Origin: Prasinococcaceae sp. CCMP 1430
Taxonomy: Eukaryota > Plantae > Prasinodermophyta
DNA length: 64,000 nucleotides
Reading direction: 5' to 3'
NCBI GenBank assembly: GCA_013416795.1
Contig: RQSC01000028.1
Span: 342,534 to 406,533 of the forward strand
Numbering within the stretch: the stretch's first letter is position 1; each line of letters starts with the position of its first letter. This document shows, piece by piece, positions 21,040-31,577 of this stretch. The translations under genes and the position numbers were made by a program. Below the pieces are notes generated by a model. The model was given only the letters and a program-made list of their open reading frames with translations. It did not search any database and was not told the DNA's origin.

Positions 21040-23841
21040 TTATCCGGGGTAGTTCAGCACAGCCGCGCACACGGCGGAGGCGGCATCGGCCGCCGCACCG
21101 CCGCGCGCCTCGAGCTCCTCGAGCGCAGCGATCGACTCGGGCGCACCGAGCGCTGCTGCCACCGCCCGCGCGCCGAGCGTAGCCACACCAGCGCGCGATG
21201 CAAGCACGGCAAGTCGAGTGCAACGCTTGGCCGACAACGCGGGGCGCACGCGCAGCGCAAGTGCGAGAAATCCGGCTACGTGCTCAGCCGGGGGGGAGTG
21301 CGCGCCTGAGGCACCCTCACCCGCCTCGGGCGGCACGAGGAGGTCCGCAAGTGGCACGTACGTGTCGCCCTCGAGAGCAAGCTCTGTAGCAGCTTCGAAG
21401 GCGCTGTCGTCCAGCCGCCACTCGAACGGCGGCAATTCCTGCCCCTTGTACCCGTCGGCCTCTATTTCGGCCTCGGCCTCTCCATGCGCGGTCGCGCCTG
21501 TCGATTGCGACACATCGTCAACGCTCAGGTCCAATCCACGAGCGTCTTGACCGCCTCGGCCTCCGGCCCGCGCGTCATCGCCGACACGGTCCTCAGCACC
21601 GCTCTCGTGCGCGTGGCCGTTGATGCCACCGTCCGCACCGACGCTGTCAGGCGAGGGCAGAGGCCAGGCCTCATGTCCGTTGTCATGCTCGCGATTCTCG
21701 CACAGCTCTGTTTCCTCGCGCCGTCTCCTGTCCATCTCGTCGAGTTCCTCCCGCGTCGGCGCTGGTGGTGGCATGATGCCACAGCTTTCCTCTTCCTCCG
21801 CGTGTGGAGCCCCCAACTGGGCCTGCACTGCCTCTGTCCCAGCGGCGTCTTGCTCGGCGACACCAGTTCCTGCGGCCGCGCAAACGGCGCTCGTCGACGA
21901 CGCCAGCACCGCTGGAGCTGCACTGGGTATTTCGGGCTTGGCACTGATGTCTGCAACGCGTGCCTTCTTCCTCTTCTTTTTCTGCGTTTTCTTGCGCGGT
22001 GCGAGCAGCTCGGGCTCCGCGAGCGCGTCCACCTGCGGCAGCGACGTCGCTTCCTCCCCCTCCCCGTCGGCATTACCTCGGGCTGCAGCCGCCGACGTGC
22101 CTCCCTGTCGGGACCGCAGCACTTGTGCTGTTGGCCGACTCCGTTCGATCTCATCCGAGCGCCGCTGCTGGTTCTCCCGCTGCTCCTGCGGTGGCGACTG
22201 CTCGCTTTTCTCCGAGTCGACCTGCACGCACGCGGCTTCGGCGCCAGAGCTGATGCCACCGCCGCCGCCGCTGACCCGAGTCCCGTGCGCAGCGCTGGTT
22301 GAGGCGACGCCGCTCTCGTCGCCCGCGGCAACCACGCCGCCACGCTCTGCTCGCGCCGGTGAAACGCCTGGGGCCTCGATCTCGGCGTCGCGCTGTGGCG
22401 GGGGCGCAGGGGTGAGCGGGCGCGGCGGCGATCGAGGTGCGACGTGTGAGGCCACAGCCGCGGCGGCGCCCGCATGCATGCGCGCCTCGGCACTGTCCGC
22501 GAGGTCGTGCGCGCCAGCGGCGCGCGCGGCGTGTACATATTCCGCCGACGTGCACGGTCCGGAGATCACCCACAGCGCACTGCCGTCGGCATCAGCGTCG
22601 GTGTCGCTCGTAACAGCCGCATCCGCACCTGCGCCATCGCTTCCGAGCACATACGCGAGGCCCATCTCTGGCGCACTAGCCGCCGCTGCCGCCTGCACGC
22701 CGAGCACCTGCAGGGCGCGCCCGCTCGCTGTGTCGAGCACAGCGACGCCGCTCTCGGCGGCCGTGAGAATGAGCGGCCCAAGCGCGTGCAAGGTGCCGAA
22801 CGCCAGCGCGGGTGCAGCCTCGGGCGTCCCCAGCTTGAGCGTGCCGAGGACCCTCCCAGACGCGGACGCGCTCCACAGCCGCCGGCCGGGGCGCGCGGCG
22901 AGCAGGGCAGGCGCGTCGTCGCCAGCGCTTCCAGCCTCCACCCTCGCTCCGCCCAGCGCCGCCGCCGCCGCCTCGGCGTGGAATATCGCGCCGAGGGCCG
23001 CGTTGCGCACTTTTGTGCCCACGCGCGCCACCTCGACCTCCACCTGGCTTCGCCGCCCGCGCTGCTCCCCAGCGACTGTGCGCACACACACGCGCACAAC
23101 GGCGGCGAACTCGCGCGTGGACACGAGGAGCGGAGGCGGACCACCGGCACCAGCGTCGGCGTCAGTACTGCGCTCGCGTCCCTGCTCGCGCTCCTGCTCG
23201 CCCGCGGTGGGCGTGGGTGCGAAGCCGAGCTGCACGGCGGCCTGCGGCGCGGGCAGGAGCGTAATGGACGCGATCGCGGTCCAGCCACCGCTGGCGCTGC
23301 CCCCGCCTCCGCTGCCCACGCTACCGCCGCCACCTGCGCGCGCGCTGAAGACGGCCAGCCGCCCGGCGTCGTCCGCTGCAGCGAGTGCGCTGCCATCGGC
23401 TGCGAACGCGAGCGCTGCGATTGCGCGGCCACGCAGTGCTCCCAAGCGCGCGCGCACTGCGCCGGCGTCGGCTGCGCCGACGGCGACCAGTCGCACGCCG
23501 CCGCTGCGGCCACCAACAGCAGCGAGCTCCCCTGTGAGCGCCAGCGCTGTCGGCACCTCGTCTGCATCAGCACCCTCCGGCGCAACCACACGCACGAGCT
23601 CCACGCGCCATGCGCCGCCGACGCGCCGCGCCTCGAGCACACGCAGCGACGACGAGCCGCGCGCGCCGGCGAGCACGACGCGCGCACCCCACGGGGTTGA
23701 GCTCCTCCACCTCGAAGATGTCCTCGTCGGCGGCGGCGTGGCCGCCGCCGCCGCGCTGTGCCCGGCCGGTGCGCGGCAAGTGGCTCGCCCCGCAGTGCGC
23801 TGCGAGCACACGCTGGCACAGACATTCCCACGCACGCCCAT
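21040..23841 (-). CDS. HPS5/TECPR2-like N-terminal WD40 beta-propeller protein with long low-complexity C-terminal region; 5' exon structure unresolved
   Basis: Motifs: PTALALTGELAAVGGRSGGVRLV, IAALAFAADGSALAAADDAGRL, LLVSTREFAAV, RVGTKVR..LGAIF and ARPGRRLWSA...G.VLGTL. The last two resemble the HPS5/TECPR2 signatures (VG..PRK...GACF; (A/S)RPG.R(L/M)W). Confidence 0.65.
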   Translation of the reverse strand: MGVRGNVCASVCSQRTAGRATCRAPAGHSAAAAATPPPTRTSSRWRSSTPWGARVVLAGARGSSSLRVLEARRVGGAWRVELVRVVAPEGADADEVPTALALTGELAAVGGRSGGVRLVAVGAADAGAVRARLGALRGRAIAALAFAADGSALAAADDAGRLAVFSARAGGGGSVGSGGGGSASGGWTAIASITLLPAPQAAVQLGFAPTPTAGEQEREQGRERSTDADAGAGGPPPLLVSTREFAAVVRVCVRTVAGEQRGRRSQVEVEVARVGTKVRNAALGAIFHAEAAAAALGGARVEAGSAGDDAPALLAARPGRRLWSASASGRVLGTLKLGTPEAAPALAFGTLHALGPLILTAAESGVAVLDTASGRALQVLGVQAAAAASAPEMGLAYVLGSDGAGADAAVTSDTDADADGSALWVISGPCTSAEYVHAARAAGAHDLADSAEARMHAGAAAAVASHVAPRSPPRPLTPAPPPQRDAEIEAPGVSPARAERGGVVAAGDESGVASTSAAHGTRVSGGGGGISSGAEAACVQVDSEKSEQSPPQEQRENQQRRSDEIERSRPTAQVLRSRQGGTSAAAARGNADGEGEEATSLPQVDALAEPELLAPRKKTQKKKRKKARVADISAKPEIPSAAPAVLASSTSAVCAAAGTGVAEQDAAGTEAVQAQLGAPHAEEEESCGIMPPPAPTREELDEMDRRRREETELCENREHDNGHEAWPLPSPDSVGADGGINGHAHESGAEDRVGDDARAGGRGGQDARGLDLSVDDVSQSTGATAHGEAEAEIEADGYKGQELPPFEWRLDDSAFEAATELALEGDTYVPLADLLVPPEAGEGASGAHSPPAEHVAGFLALALRVRPALSAKRCTRLAVLASRAGVATLGARAVAAALGAPESIAALEELEARGGAAADAASAVCAAVLNYPG

Positions 23842-23919
23842 GCGCAAGTCCGCGCGCGGAGGCGGAGCCCACGCGCGCGCGCACGCACACGTGCGCCGTC
23901 CGCAAGATGATCAGATCTG

Positions 23920-23936
23920 TTACAGCAGTAGTTACA
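23920..23936 (-). terminator. Putative green-algal UGUAA polyadenylation signals for the PAT gene
   Basis: TTACA occurs twice (23920, 23932), about 370 nt downstream of the PAT stop. TGTAA also occurs at or near other gene ends (9041, 13657, 34605, and 26526-26530 on the minus strand). UGUAA is the established poly(A) signal of Chlamydomonas-type green algae. Confidence 0.45.
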
Positions 23937-24307
23937 GGCGGGTAGGCGTGGGGGAGAGCCGTGCCTCGGCGGGGGAGCCGCGCGGCGGGGCGAGGGCGGG
24001 CCAGAGCTCGGTGCCCCCGCGCGACGTGCAGCGCGTGCACGCGCGGGGGGCCTCGGCGTGCAGGGTGGCGGCGTGCCCGCCTTTGTCCTGCACGCGGTCA
24101 TGGATGCCGAGCTCGTGCCGTGCACGCACATGCACACACGCACACTCGCAAATGTTGGAGTGAGTGCATGTGCGCGTGCTCGTCAAGGCACGCCGTGCCC
24201 TCGCCAGCTTGCGCAGGTACAACGTCGCGAGCCCGGCCCTCGCCTTGCGAGGGGCGGGTGCACGCGCCGCGCAGCGGAGCTCGTCCTCCCGGCGCCAGCG
24301 ATTAGTG

Positions 24308-26056
24308 TCAGCCGCCCCGACGGGAGGAGCACTTCTTGGGGCCGTCCGGTGCCACCTCGATGCCGTGCGAGCCATGCTTGAAGAAGCGCCGCATGTTCTC
24401 GTACGAGCCGCGGTCGTACGGGTTGCCACTGGCGTTGAAATGCGCGCGCATGTCCTCCGCGGTGAGAATGTTGCGCGCCACGCCGTTCATTTGGTAGCAG
24501 GTGAGAGCGAGGACTGAGATCAGGCCGAAGCCGTCCACGGCGAAGAATGTGAGGATGGAGCTATGGTACACTATCAGATGGCTCATCGCCTTGCCGGACC
24601 CCCATGGCATGTCGTGGTCGTAGCACACGGCGTAGATGGCCACGAGAAGCGCCACCACCATTGCGGTGGTCTCCAGCAGCAGGAAGGTCACGAAGGACCG
24701 GTGATTGCCCTTGGCGACCGGCGCGCCTGTCCACGGGCAATAGTGGTCGAACTCGAGCACGCAGCGGTTGGTCACGCTGTCGTGCTTGGCGCGTGGCGGC
24801 TTGACTACCTTGCAGGTCGGGCACAGCCGCTGCCAATCGGACGCGTTCAGGACGGCGATCTCCTCGGCCGACAAGCCACGCGCACCGGGGCCCTTGTTGC
24901 CACCGATGGGGACGTAGCCGGGGTCGGTGGTGGATGCGTGGTAGAGGAGCGCGAGGCCGGACGACACCGTGGCGAAGACGATGAGCATGCCGAAGGTCAC
25001 CACTATGCTGCCGCTCGCCGTGCCCTCCATGGGCAGGCCGTCCGGCGCGAGCTGCATGCCGCTACTGAATCGGAAGTTCCGCAGCGCGAAAAAGAATAGC
25101 GTCGTCAGACCGATGATAAAGGCCCACAGGCCCGGCGCCATCCCCTCCATGCCCTTGCACTTGCGGCGCTTGCTCTGCCTGATCGACTTCTTCTGACGGT
25201 CGATGAAGAGAGCGATGTGGCCGTGCCCCCCGTCGCGCGCGAGGTCCGCGGCCGTCTTGCCTGCTTTCTCGGTATCGTCGAGCACGCGCTCCGATGAGGT
25301 TGCAAGCAAGAGAAGGCGCGAAGCCTCGAAGTTGCCTTTGACGGCCGCCCAGTGCAGCGCCATGCACCCCTCGTTGTCCTTCCGCTCGAGGTCCGCACCG
25401 AGGAACATTAGCAAGCGTGTCGTGTCACCAAAGTTCTTGTAGGCCGCCCAGTGTAGCGGCGTGCGTCCCGCGCTATCCAGCACTTCCCAGTCGGCCTCCC
25501 AGCGGTGCACAAGGTGCCAGATCAGGGCAGTCGCACCGTACTGCGCGGCCACATGCATGGCAGTGTACCCTTGGTTGTCCGCGAGCAAGAGCGAGGCCCC
25601 CGAGGAAAGTAGCAGGTCCAGCGCTTGCGTCGAGCCGCGGACCGCCGCCCAGTGGATCGCACCCTGCTCGCTCACGCTGTCACGCGCGTCAATCACCGCG
25701 CCCGCGTCCAGCAGCAGCTGCACGACAGCTGTGCGGTTGTTGAGCGCGGCCCACTGCAGCGCGTGGTAGCCGGTGGCGTCCTTCGCCTGCACGTCGACCT
25801 CGGCCTTGTTCGCGAGGAGCTCGCGCACCTTGTCCGCCTCCCCCATCGCACACGCGGTGAAGAGCTGCTCCTGCGGCGTTTTCTCCGCCTCTTTCGCCTC
25901 CTTGGCCGCGCTCCCGGCGCCCACGCCCGCGTCATCTTGCGCCTGCTGCTGCTGCTGCTGCTGCTGGTCCCGCTGGTGGTCCTGCTGCTGGCCTGTGGCG
26001 CCGCCGGCGCCCTCCACCCCGGCGCCTCGCCCTGCGGCCCCGCCCGGCGCATACAT
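24308..26056 (-). CDS. Ankyrin-repeat protein S-acyltransferase (AKR1/TIP1/PAT24-type DHHC)
   Basis: Ankyrin repeats (GYHALQWAALNNR, GRTPLHWAAYK, GCMALHWAAVKGN), TM helices, CPTCKVVKPPRAKHD...CVLEFDHYCPW and NPYDRG. Confidence 0.92.
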   Translation of the reverse strand: MYAPGGAAGRGAGVEGAGGATGQQQDHQRDQQQQQQQQAQDDAGVGAGSAAKEAKEAEKTPQEQLFTACAMGEADKVRELLANKAEVDVQAKDATGYHALQWAALNNRTAVVQLLLDAGAVIDARDSVSEQGAIHWAAVRGSTQALDLLLSSGASLLLADNQGYTAMHVAAQYGATALIWHLVHRWEADWEVLDSAGRTPLHWAAYKNFGDTTRLLMFLGADLERKDNEGCMALHWAAVKGNFEASRLLLLATSSERVLDDTEKAGKTAADLARDGGHGHIALFIDRQKKSIRQSKRRKCKGMEGMAPGLWAFIIGLTTLFFFALRNFRFSSGMQLAPDGLPMEGTASGSIVVTFGMLIVFATVSSGLALLYHASTTDPGYVPIGGNKGPGARGLSAEEIAVLNASDWQRLCPTCKVVKPPRAKHDSVTNRCVLEFDHYCPWTGAPVAKGNHRSFVTFLLLETTAMVVALLVAIYAVCYDHDMPWGSGKAMSHLIVYHSSILTFFAVDGFGLISVLALTCYQMNGVARNILTAEDMRAHFNASGNPYDRGSYENMRRFFKHGSHGIEVAPDGPKKCSSRRGG

Positions 26057-26525
26057 GTCGACGCATCGCCCCCATCGCGCGGCGGCGCCCACCCGCCCGA
26101 GCCCAGCGAAACACCCCTGCGCGCGCGGACGCCGCGCCGCTTGACCCGGGCTGCCCGCGGGCGCTGCTGGGGGTGAGAGCCCGGAAGCGACGGCGACGAA
26201 ATTCCGGCTCGCGGAAAGTTTGCGCAATCTTTTGCGCGGTGAAAGGCGCCGATCGAGCGCCGCGTCTTTTTGATTGCGCGTATTTTGCCTGGTATTTTTT
26301 GCGATTTTCTTTTTGTACGAGCTCGCGCGACGCGGCTGCTGCTGCTGCTTGGTCGCCACGTCGTCGGCCGCCTCGGCGTACGTCTCGATTGCATTACGGA
26401 GAGCACGCGCCTCCGCCTTGAGGGAGAGCGCCCTTGCCGTCGGGATCGCGCATGCGCGCGCCTCCTGTGGGCCGCGTGGGGCGAGGCACGCCCGCACGCG
26501 CAGAGTCTTATTGCCCCGTGCCATG

Positions 26526-28823
26526 TTACACCAGGTTGGCCATCGCAACCGCCGCCGCCTGCAGCAGCGCCTCGCTCTTCACCGTGGGCGGCGCGGTCGC
26601 CTTCGCCGCTGCGAGCCGCTCGCCGATGGCGTCGGAGGCGCCGACGGCGTCGAGCTCACTCTTGAGCGCGCTGTCCTTGGCGAGCTGTGCGATGGCCATG
26701 CACACGGCGGCCTGCGTCGCTGCATCGCCCTGACGCAGCAGTATCACCAGCGTGGCTGGCAGGCCAGCCTCGCGTACGGTCTTCGCGTTGTCGGCGTTGG
26801 TGCACAGGTTGGCCACGACCTTGGTGGACACCAGTCGCACACCTTGAGGATTCCTCGTGTCAGTGATGAAGCCGACCGCGGCAGTGAGCACGCCCGCCGC
26901 TGCCAGCTCAACTTCGTGGCCTAGCGACAGATTCAGGAAGAGCGAGAGCGCTGCCTCGAGCACGTCGGCCTCCTTCCTGGAGTTGCACTTTGTGACAACG
27001 CTCACTGTCATGTCCACCACGCCCGCATCGAAGGCAGCCTCGGCAGCGCGTGCGTCTGCAGCCATGTTGGTGAGCGCCTGCGCGGCGCGCACGTAAAGCT
27101 GGCGCTGCTGTGCCGTCAGCGCCCCTCCGCCGCTGACGACGCCCGCCATTGCCGAAAGTACGACCACCAACGACTTGACGAGGCCTGCCTCAGCCATTAC
27201 CTCGGCATTCGCAGGCTCGCTCGATGCGACATTGCCCATCGCGCGGCACACGCTAGCACGCGCTGCCATAGCTTCCTCACTGTCATTGCCGAGCACTCTC
27301 GCGAAGCGCTCGAGCACGCGAGGGCGCACGCAGGCGCGCTTGCCCTCGCGCGTGCACGCAAGGTTGGCAAGCGCTGCGGCGAGATTCCCGACCAGCTTGG
27401 TACCGGCGCGCGAGTGATCGGTGAAGGCGGCAATGAGTGAGTCCGAAACACGCGTGGACGTCAGCGCCTCGCGGCCAACATCTGCCGTGGCCAAATTCGC
27501 GGCGAGCACGGCGGCGTAGTTCATGATGTCGTCAGCCACCTCTTCGACGGCACCGGCGCCTGCAAGGCAAAGCGGCAGGAGCTCAGTCACGCCGCAATGC
27601 ACCAGCGCACGCTTGCACTCCGCGTCCTGGGCGATGGCGCTGAGGCACGCCAGGACGGGCGCCACGCGTGCTGCGAAGCCGGTCGTCATGGTGCGCCGCA
27701 AAAGGGCCGCAAGCGCCGGGATGGTGCCCTTGGCGGCCACATAGAGCGCATTGGCTGGGGACGACATCACGACGTTGGCCAGCCCGCCAGCAGCGGCAGC
27801 AGCTGCAGGCTCCGCCGTCGTCTCAGACAGCATGTCGAGCAGAGGGTTGATCTTCGCGGCATCGACTTCGACCTTCTTTTTCCGCGCCCCTGCCCTGAAA
27901 CTCGAGGCGGCCGAGTGCACGGCCATGTTGATCGCCGCTTCCTTCTGCGCTAGCCCGCTCGCGAAGCGCTCCGCTGCCGCGCTGCGCACCGCGCTTCGGC
28001 GCGCGACAATGCCATTGCTGCTGCTTTTGGAAGGGCAACGTCCCGTATTCGCCTGGATGCTCAGATCGATCCCCTGGTCCTCTGCTCGCTTGCGTAGGCT
28101 CTTGAGCACGGCAGCGTGTGCGTCCGTGTCGACGGCCTCGCGCGCTTCAGACGCCATTACAGACGCGACCGCGTCTACACTCTCGACGGCCTCCTTCGCC
28201 GCGACGATCTCAGGCTCTGCCGCCGCCGCCGCCTCCGCTGCCTCGGACTCGCGAGTCTCGGCCCGTTCGGACGCGTCGGCCGCGCCCGCTGCCTCGGTCG
28301 GCGCCTCATCGGGCGCTGCGCTCTCGTCTTCTTGGATGCACGTACCCACGGCGTCTGCGACCGCCTCCACCAAATCCTCGATCGACTCGTCCACGTGGAC
28401 GGGCCGCGCCACACTGTCATTTCGGTGACGGCTCGCGGCCGCCTCTGCCGCGGCCTTGCGTACGGCGTCGGCCCACATCCGCGCGGCACGGGGCGTCGCC
28501 GTGCGAAAGGACCACGCGCGGTCACGCGCGCGCTTGGGGTCGCGTGCGGTCACCTCGAACACCTTGTCCTTGCTGCGCACGTCAGCGACGGTCGACAGGT
28601 CGATGGCACCCACCAGCGCCCTTCCATATGTCGGGTCGAAATAGCACAGGAGGTCGGCCTGGAGGCGCACGTAACGCTCCTGCCAGCCGCGGAAGATCAC
28701 CGGCGACTTCTTCTGCATATACGAAGCCATAATCTCAGGGATGCTCGCCTCCCATTCTGGCCTGAGCGTTGGCGGGAATTCGGCGGGCAGCGACGCCGAC
28801 TTGGTGCGCACGCGCGGCTCCAT
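26526..28823 (-). CDS. PH-domain plus armadillo-repeat protein, uncharacterised
   Basis: The N-terminus has a PH fold (SYMQKKSPVIFRGWQERYVRL..DLLCYF, GAIDL, WSFRT.TP..ARMWADAV). The C-terminal ~370 aa has ARM-like repeats (e.g. AAALANLA, CRAMGNVA, AQALTNMA, LSLFLNLS, VVANLC). Confidence 0.8.
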   Translation of the reverse strand: MEPRVRTKSASLPAEFPPTLRPEWEASIPEIMASYMQKKSPVIFRGWQERYVRLQADLLCYFDPTYGRALVGAIDLSTVADVRSKDKVFEVTARDPKRARDRAWSFRTATPRAARMWADAVRKAAAEAAASRHRNDSVARPVHVDESIEDLVEAVADAVGTCIQEDESAAPDEAPTEAAGAADASERAETRESEAAEAAAAAEPEIVAAKEAVESVDAVASVMASEAREAVDTDAHAAVLKSLRKRAEDQGIDLSIQANTGRCPSKSSSNGIVARRSAVRSAAAERFASGLAQKEAAINMAVHSAASSFRAGARKKKVEVDAAKINPLLDMLSETTAEPAAAAAAGGLANVVMSSPANALYVAAKGTIPALAALLRRTMTTGFAARVAPVLACLSAIAQDAECKRALVHCGVTELLPLCLAGAGAVEEVADDIMNYAAVLAANLATADVGREALTSTRVSDSLIAAFTDHSRAGTKLVGNLAAALANLACTREGKRACVRPRVLERFARVLGNDSEEAMAARASVCRAMGNVASSEPANAEVMAEAGLVKSLVVVLSAMAGVVSGGGALTAQQRQLYVRAAQALTNMAADARAAEAAFDAGVVDMTVSVVTKCNSRKEADVLEAALSLFLNLSLGHEVELAAAGVLTAAVGFITDTRNPQGVRLVSTKVVANLCTNADNAKTVREAGLPATLVILLRQGDAATQAAVCMAIAQLAKDSALKSELDAVGASDAIGERLAAAKATAPPTVKSEALLQAAAVAMANLV

Positions 28824-29595
28824 GGCGGCCACGTGCCGCGCGCCCGACGGACCCAGCGAGCGAGGAAGCTTCTGCGCGCGCGCCCCCGCGCGCGCGCGCG
28901 TGCCCTTTCGGCGCCGGGCGCGCGTGCATGGTACGCTCATATGTGGAACAATGCCCGTTCGAAATGCATTGAAATCACACCTTGTAGAATATCGATCCAC
29001 GTCTCGTTCCCCCGCGCCGCGGTCCGTTCCCCCTCGCGCGCGCGCGCGCGCGGCCGTTTCGGTGCCGGCGTGCGCATTCGCGCGCACGCCCGTGCGCGCT
29101 CGCGCCCGCACATGCAAACACACCGAGTCAAACACGCACGCACCCTCCACGCATATGGAGAGACGGAGAGACGCGCGCCCCGGCCGAGAGCGCTGCGCGC
29201 GCGCGCGGCGCTGCGCAGCAGCACCGACAGCCGCGCTCTGGCGCGCGCGCGTGAGTGTGCGGCGACAGTGCGCATGATGCGGCAGCTCGGGCGCGCCCGC
29301 GTGCGCACACAGCGCGCGCGGCGCGCGAGCGCGCGCGCCACCGCACGCGGCGGGCAGGCGTGGCAGGGAAAGGAGGGGGAGGGGACTGGGGGGCGAGGCG
29401 GGCGCGGCGCGCGTGCGCAGGGCGGGGTGGGGTGGGTTGAGACGTGACCAAGGCCACAGAGTTCGCTGTACGCCGTCCGGTCACGCGCCCCTGCAACGGC
29501 GCTGGCGCTGACGGCAGTAACGACGCAGCCGCTGCCCGCCGCTGCCCGCCGTCGCTGCGCCGTCCGCCGTGGCCTTGACGCGCACTGCTGAAGTC

Positions 29596-31530
29596 ATGGC
29601 CGTTATGCCTGGCCAGCGCGCCAGCAACACGCTGAAGAAACTGCAGAATGTGCGAATGCGCGCGCGCGCGCTGAGTCCATGCGCGTCCACGCGCACGAGC
29701 GCATGCACGAGCGAACAAACGCCTGGGCGAGGTCACTCCGCAGCTGCCACGCTCACGCACGCCGCGTGCGTGTGCGAGATGATCGGCCTGCTCACGACCT
29801 CTCGCGCCTTGCATATGCGTGTGTGCCTCTGAGCCCAGGTCGGCGTTCTGACCTGCTGGCCGCCCCTCGCTACCCCACCCCCACCCCCTACCCCCACCAC
29901 ATCCCCACCCACAAACCACGCGCGCGCACTCGCGCGCCCGCCCGCACACGCCGCATGCACGCAGGTCTCCGGCACGGTTGGCTCGCATTCATATGCCGAG
30001 CAAGAGGTGGCAATGTACGCTTCACTCGTCAACGAGTGGCTCGCGGACGACGAGGACATGCGGGACAAGCTCCCGATCGACCTCTCTGGCTCGCATCTCT
30101 TCGATTTTTGCAAAGGCGGCATTGGGCTGTGCAAGATGATCAACGTCGCCGTGCCGGGCACCATCGACGAGCGCGCAATCAAATTGAAGGCCACGTCGCC
30201 GTGGGACGTCAACTACAACTGCGAGCTCTGCCTGAACTCTGCGCGGTCCGTCGGCATCGTGGTGGTCAACATCGGCGCCGATGACCTCAACGCGGGCACG
30301 CCACATCTCGTGCTGGGCCTCGTGTGGCAGATCGTGAAGATGCATCTGCTGGCAGGCATCGATATCAAGGAGATTCCCGAACTGGTGTGCCTGCTAGACG
30401 ACGGCGAGACGCTCCAGGACCTGATGCGCCTTCCCAAGGACAAGATCCTGCTCCGCTGGCTCAACTACCACCTGGAGCGTGCCGGCAGCCCCGACCGCGC
30501 AACAAACTTCGGGCCCGACCTGCAGAACTCGACTATGCTCACGCGCGTGCTCAACCAGCTGGCCCCCGAGTGCTGCGATCTGTCGGCGCTCGCCGTGCCC
30601 GACCATACCGAGCGCGCGAAGAGCCTGCTGAGCGGCGCATCCGCCATGGGCACCAAACACAACGCCACGCCGCCGGCCATTGTCAACGGCAACCCAAAGG
30701 TGTGCCTAGCGTTCGTCGCGTCGCTCTTCAACACGCGCCACGGGCTGGAGATACCCAAGGACGTGGACATGGCCGAGCTGATGGACGACGACGAGGGCGA
30801 CACACGTGAGGCGCGCACGTACAAGATGTGGGTAAACTCGCTGGGCTGTGCCCAATACTGCAACGACCTGGGCGAGGACACGCGTGACGGCTACCTGCTG
30901 TGCGACCTCATGTCCAAGCTCAAGCCCGGCTGCGTTGACATGGGCAAGGTGACGAAGCCGCCCATCAGATTCCCCTTCAAGAAGGTGGAAAACTGCAACA
31001 GAGCTGTGGAAGCCGCGAAGGGGCTTGGGTTTTCGCTGCCCGGTACTGGCGGCGCCGACTTCGTGGAGGGCAACACCAAGCTGCTCCTCGGGCTAAGCTG
31101 GCAGATGATGCGCTACTCATGCGTCAACCTGCTCAAGGAGCTATCCTCGAACGGCAAGGACGTCTCGGACGACGACATCATAGCATGGGCCAACGAGAGG
31201 GTGCGCATTGGGGGCAAGTCGTCTACGGCATCCTCAGGCGGGATGGGCATCAAGTCCTTCAAGGACGCCTCCTTGGCCACATCGCTCTACGCGCTCGAGC
31301 TGTTGCACTCAATTGAGGAGCGCGTGGTCAACTGGGACATTGTCAGCGCCGGCGCGGACTACGACGCAAAGAAGCGCAACGCACTCTATGCCATCAGCGT
31401 AGCGCGAGCGCTGGGCTGCCGCGTCTTTCTGCTGTGGGAGGACATCGTGGAGGTGCGACCAAAGATGCTCATGACGCTCTTCGCGTCCATCATGGCCACC
31501 GCGCTGAAAAGGGGCAAGGGGGCGGAGTAA
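29596..31530 (+). CDS. FIM: Fimbrin/plastin actin-bundling protein (four CH domains)
   Basis: Short exon 29596-29649, intron 29650-29964 (phase 0), then HSYAEQE..., GLCKMINVAVPGTIDERAI, PHLVLGLVWQIVK, LLRWLNYHL, REARTYKMWVNSLG, KKVENCN, GNTKLLLGLSWQMMR, ISVARALGC..FLLWEDIVEVRPKM. Confidence 0.93.
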
Positions 31531-31577
31531 AAAGATATGGTAAAAAAAATTGCACGCGCGCGGACGCTGCGGCGGCG

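Noticed and set aside
24740-24760. DHYC instead of DHHC in the S-acyltransferase
   Set aside because: DHYC is a known variant in AKR1-type ankyrin PATs, so it is not novel.
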